Source: PVC group bacterium (GTDB lineage: Bacteria; Verrucomicrobiota; Kiritimatiellia; UBA8416; PXDI01). Taken from it: a stretch of 38,055 bases of DNA. How positions within the stretch are numbered: position 1 is the stretch's first letter; each line of letters opens with the position of its first letter. Under the pieces are notes generated by a model that had not been told where the DNA came from, made no database searches, and was given only the letters and a program-made list of their open reading frames with translations. The translations under genes and the position numbers were made by a program. The stretch covers positions 1-38,055 of the forward strand of contig PXDI01000044.1 in the NCBI GenBank assembly GCA_003565095.1, given 5' to 3'. This document shows, one piece after another, positions 36,401 through 38,055 of the stretch.

Positions 36401-36628
36401 GAAGGCTTTTACTCCGCCACATATGAACGCTACGTAATGCCCGACACAGTTGCACCGAACGAAGGTTCTAAGGCCGCGACGGAGGACGTTACGAAAACTG
36501 TCATGTCATGGATGCCATCGCATGCCGTTGGCACAGCACCTGCTTTTGTCGATGGACGGCTGTTTGTGCGCGGTTTGAATCGCATTTATTGTTATGATGT
36601 CCGCGACACATCACCGGGAGACGAGTAA
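33410..36628 (+). CDS. Secreted multidomain protein: unknown N-domain, internalin-like leucine-rich repeats, middle domain, C-terminal PQQ-like (BamB-type) beta-propeller
   Basis: GTG start. Signal peptide IIRILLTVILFAAQIPYTMRVYA. About 22-aa LRRs (LDLSHTAF..., LTTLDISETAVTDLTPLKGLPLEHLSIRATNITD...). WPSWRGPHGNG is followed by repeated propeller blades: VAMDATDGTVRWK, YGLDAHSGRTLW, GLDPETGRVRWH, CADPENGRIIW and CVDAETGLL. Confidence 0.7.
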   Translation: MHNIIRILLTVILFAAQIPYTMRVYADVAPLPLSRTPRIIFKGATAQDRVSEVDELLRRMYPKAAHDERLFVELTSHLAQTAVPDESGRLCIHPRVWAAALAQHNRCAHLIIELRRFPMPPPFSAYLEKHVVDLILRDSIDVGNEWFLAMAGFTRAESTVLEQPTPGSVTGWLQANVPDYAQWHPLAQKTLLDALARINPNFCLDGLLVFDRLPDTQTHDAATVPDGRGRYYVYTYRIIDPAAPLVIPPVSMLQGLQTLQHADLSDFAEFDLRTLPAEDVRMLDLSHTAFDNPAALTPFRALQSLRLRGTPLNEATLPENLPLTTLDISETAVTDLTPLKGLPLEHLSIRATNITDPAPLAEFRRLKTLDMQETLIESLSPLADLKLEELLLDRKPWPDMKVIEHIGTLRTVSDYPPKDWLAGTADSKWRQPARVRLPGMRGGREIALTLDSRGDNPAAPPSIVERTRLFFRFDEEGELNRAYATEDGEYNIIYIFDPLLLKQEGDKLICEAVVNLAHGSKNRNPYTGRVPLYEYKLTMTQNGKAVRGAFDLRYEIEVFDPHAGFRVDVIEQSGTLTGTLLPVDHKKERTSDLALEAQWPSWRGPHGNGAAALEGKPAYLRRAPLVWVSHAAIPASAAKDSRAPFSRGETGLSGGYGGPIVYSGLVYTAYYRPTRGAVFDRKLVERHITRHGYGRDKWHIEADDVIVAMDATDGTVRWKRVFPRRGMNFNGFNEDRSQPLMTPCADDGRVFFTGSGGWVYGLDAHSGRTLWISALGERTRMIDAVREKAVREAKLPRFRADFGSAPVVAGGTLVLNDHVEYMGGQRKRLSGLTGLDPETGRVRWHLPEVCGLTVSPVTWRFEDKEYVLVSGEDKITCADPENGRIIWTLPGFMYYFTPGLHGDILVAQKKNGGRLHGFRMNTTGAHKLWRSRDAELHMTTAVPATVDGNIWFQMQHTARLEQRMVCVDAETGLLRSGMVSTDPAPAAMTGIGSVILGEGFYSATYERYVMPDTVAPNEGSKAATEDVTKTVMSWMPSHAVGTAPAFVDGRLFVRGLNRIYCYDVRDTSPGDE

Positions 36629-36629
36629 A

Positions 36630-38055
36630 ATGAATGACTTTGTTGCGAAACCGGCGGGAAAAACGGGCAATTCAGGATGCCTATGCATGTTTCGGAAAGT
36701 TTCACGGCGTGCGACCGCCGGCGAGACCGTTCTGCATCGAGTAATTCGCGGATGGTTAGTTGCGGCGGTGATTGTATCAGCGCTGCTGACGACCGTCGGC
36801 TTGACGGAAGCGCGGCCACCCCCGCCGCCGCCCATGCCCGGACATGTGCTTACCGGCAAAACCGCCGCCGGAATTGCCGCGGAACTGGACGTGATTGTTC
36901 CGCCCCTGTTTAAGGAAGCCGGCGAGGATGCCGTTAGCGCCATGCCGTATTTAATCCAAAGACTGGCGGCAACGGTGATCACGGATGCGCATGGAAAGCC
37001 GCGGCTTTCGCCTGAAGTATGGCAGAGTGCGGTTGCCGCCATGCTGCGGCTTTCCGATCTGCGGCACGCTGCCGCTGCGGCCGACGTGCCCGGGGAATAC
37101 GCACGTTATCTGATTGAATGGAGCGCCAGACGTACCGTACGGAACGGTTTTGAATGTGATTTTGACGGTTTAATCGTAATGCTGCACGCACTGCCCGCCG
37201 GTTGTGAGGTTGTCAGACTCCAGGCGGCAGGCTTGACGGAAAAAAGCTTTGCGCAGCTTGACCCTGTTTTTTTAAACCGGGCGCCGTTTGTCCGCAAACT
37301 GCTGATGGATCATTTCACACACCTGCATCCGTGGCTTGAGGCCGACGGCTTTCTAATCGCGGAATCCACGGTGCCGGGCTCCCTCCAGATTGCCGTGCCG
37401 GCTTCAGGTTCAGAACAGCAGTTCTTTTTTTATCGCATGACAGATGCGGATGCGCCCTTTTTGCGACTTCCCGCTCCGGCACTGGAACAGGCCGCGAGCG
37501 CCAAGGCAATACTCGATTTGCGGCTTGTTGCAACGCCGCCGGACAGGCTGCCTGACGGACTTAGTCCGCAAATAATCGATTTAAGCGGCGCGGGGTTAGC
37601 CGACATTAGCGCTATTACGCGCTGGAGCGGCACGCGGGAGCTGTTGCTGGCCGATACGGTGGTAGCGGATATATCGCCGCTCAAAGGGATGGCGCTGCAC
37701 AAACTCAACCTGGCTAATACGCCGGTAACCCGCCTTGCGCCTTTGCAAGGCATGCCTTTGCGGGAACTAACGCTGGCCGGCACGCTGGTAACCGACCTGA
37801 CAACGTTAAAAGATATGCCGCTGACTTTTCTGGATTTGCGCGATGTCCCGGATATCAGCCTGGCCCCACTGGCCGGCAGCCGCATTGAAACACTGCTGCT
37901 TTCGCCGCATATCTACCGTGACATGGATACGCTGGAAAGAATGCCGGCACTGAAATCCGTCAGCGATTACACGCCCGATGCGTGGATGCACCTGTTGACC
38001 AATGCTCCCGCAAGCGCCGGAAGAACCGGCGCTTGCGGGAGCAGATCGGAAGAGC
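36630..38055 (+). CDS. Membrane-anchored leucine-rich-repeat protein, paralog of the upstream gene; 3' end lies outside the window
   Basis: This gene is not in the supplied ORF track, probably because no stop falls in the window. I translated it by hand: ATG 36630 lies 1 nt after the upstream stop, and 475 codons are open to the window end. It has the TM segment GWLVAAVIVSALLTTVGL, a Pro-rich linker, an N-domain resembling the upstream protein (QQFFFYRMTDADAPFLRLPAP versus RYYVYTYRIIDPAAPLVIPP), LRRs (VADISPLKGMALHKLNLANTPVTRLAPLQGMPLRELTLAGTLVTDL) and SDYTPDAW (versus SDYPPKDW). Confidence 0.65.
   Translation, partial: MNDFVAKPAGKTGNSGCLCMFRKVSRRATAGETVLHRVIRGWLVAAVIVSALLTTVGLTEARPPPPPPMPGHVLTGKTAAGIAAELDVIVPPLFKEAGEDAVSAMPYLIQRLAATVITDAHGKPRLSPEVWQSAVAAMLRLSDLRHAAAAADVPGEYARYLIEWSARRTVRNGFECDFDGLIVMLHALPAGCEVVRLQAAGLTEKSFAQLDPVFLNRAPFVRKLLMDHFTHLHPWLEADGFLIAESTVPGSLQIAVPASGSEQQFFFYRMTDADAPFLRLPAPALEQAASAKAILDLRLVATPPDRLPDGLSPQIIDLSGAGLADISAITRWSGTRELLLADTVVADISPLKGMALHKLNLANTPVTRLAPLQGMPLRELTLAGTLVTDLTTLKDMPLTFLDLRDVPDISLAPLAGSRIETLLLSPHIYRDMDTLERMPALKSVSDYTPDAWMHLLTNAPASAGRTGACGSRSEE

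Overview
GC-rich bacterial chromosomal window (GC not computed). The gene content suggests an anaerobe, possibly from the PVC superphylum, but that is a low-confidence guess. All calls come from reading the translated ORFs and DNA by eye; no searches were run.

Layout:
(1) 1-6508, + strand: the 3' end of a GltD-like NAD(P)H oxidoreductase gene, then a CpI/HndD-type [FeFe]-hydrogenase. These are followed by a signalling cluster: REC, an [FeFe]-hydrogenase-like sensor histidine kinase, a REC-histidine kinase hybrid, and another REC.
(2) 6622-16877, - strand: one tightly coupled 11-gene operon. It encodes a group-3b-type (sulfhydrogenase-like) [NiFe]-hydrogenase (beta, gamma, delta, alpha), its endopeptidase, and hypF-C-D-E-A-B.
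(3) 17051-18778, - strand: a CPA2 cation/proton antiporter fused to a PTS EIIA-type domain.
(4) 18870-30564, - strand: a near-complete siroheme-dependent (Ahb) heme biosynthesis supercluster: hemL, hemB, a HemC-CobA-HemD fusion, a SirC-HemA fusion, fused AhbAB, and two NirJ-like radical SAM enzymes. Three toxin-antitoxin modules (VapBC, Phd-VapC, MNT-HEPN) and a tandem 150-bp repeat element sit at the gene junctions.
(5) 30583-32943, - strand: a secreted heparinase II/III-like protein.
(6) 33410-38055, + strand: two tandem paralogous leucine-rich-repeat proteins. The first carries a PQQ-like beta-propeller. The second runs off the window end and is absent from the supplied ORF track.

The most interesting candidate system is the hydrogenase-like sensor kinase with a REC-only phosphorelay, positioned between two hydrogenase loci. 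Other points worth a second look:
- A Cys-to-Ser change in the H-cluster L1 motif of the catalytic [FeFe]-hydrogenase.
- A HemC domain that lacks its cofactor-bearing third domain.
- A 12-bp direct repeat flanking one TA cassette.
- An array of 11-mer motifs between ahbD and ahbC.
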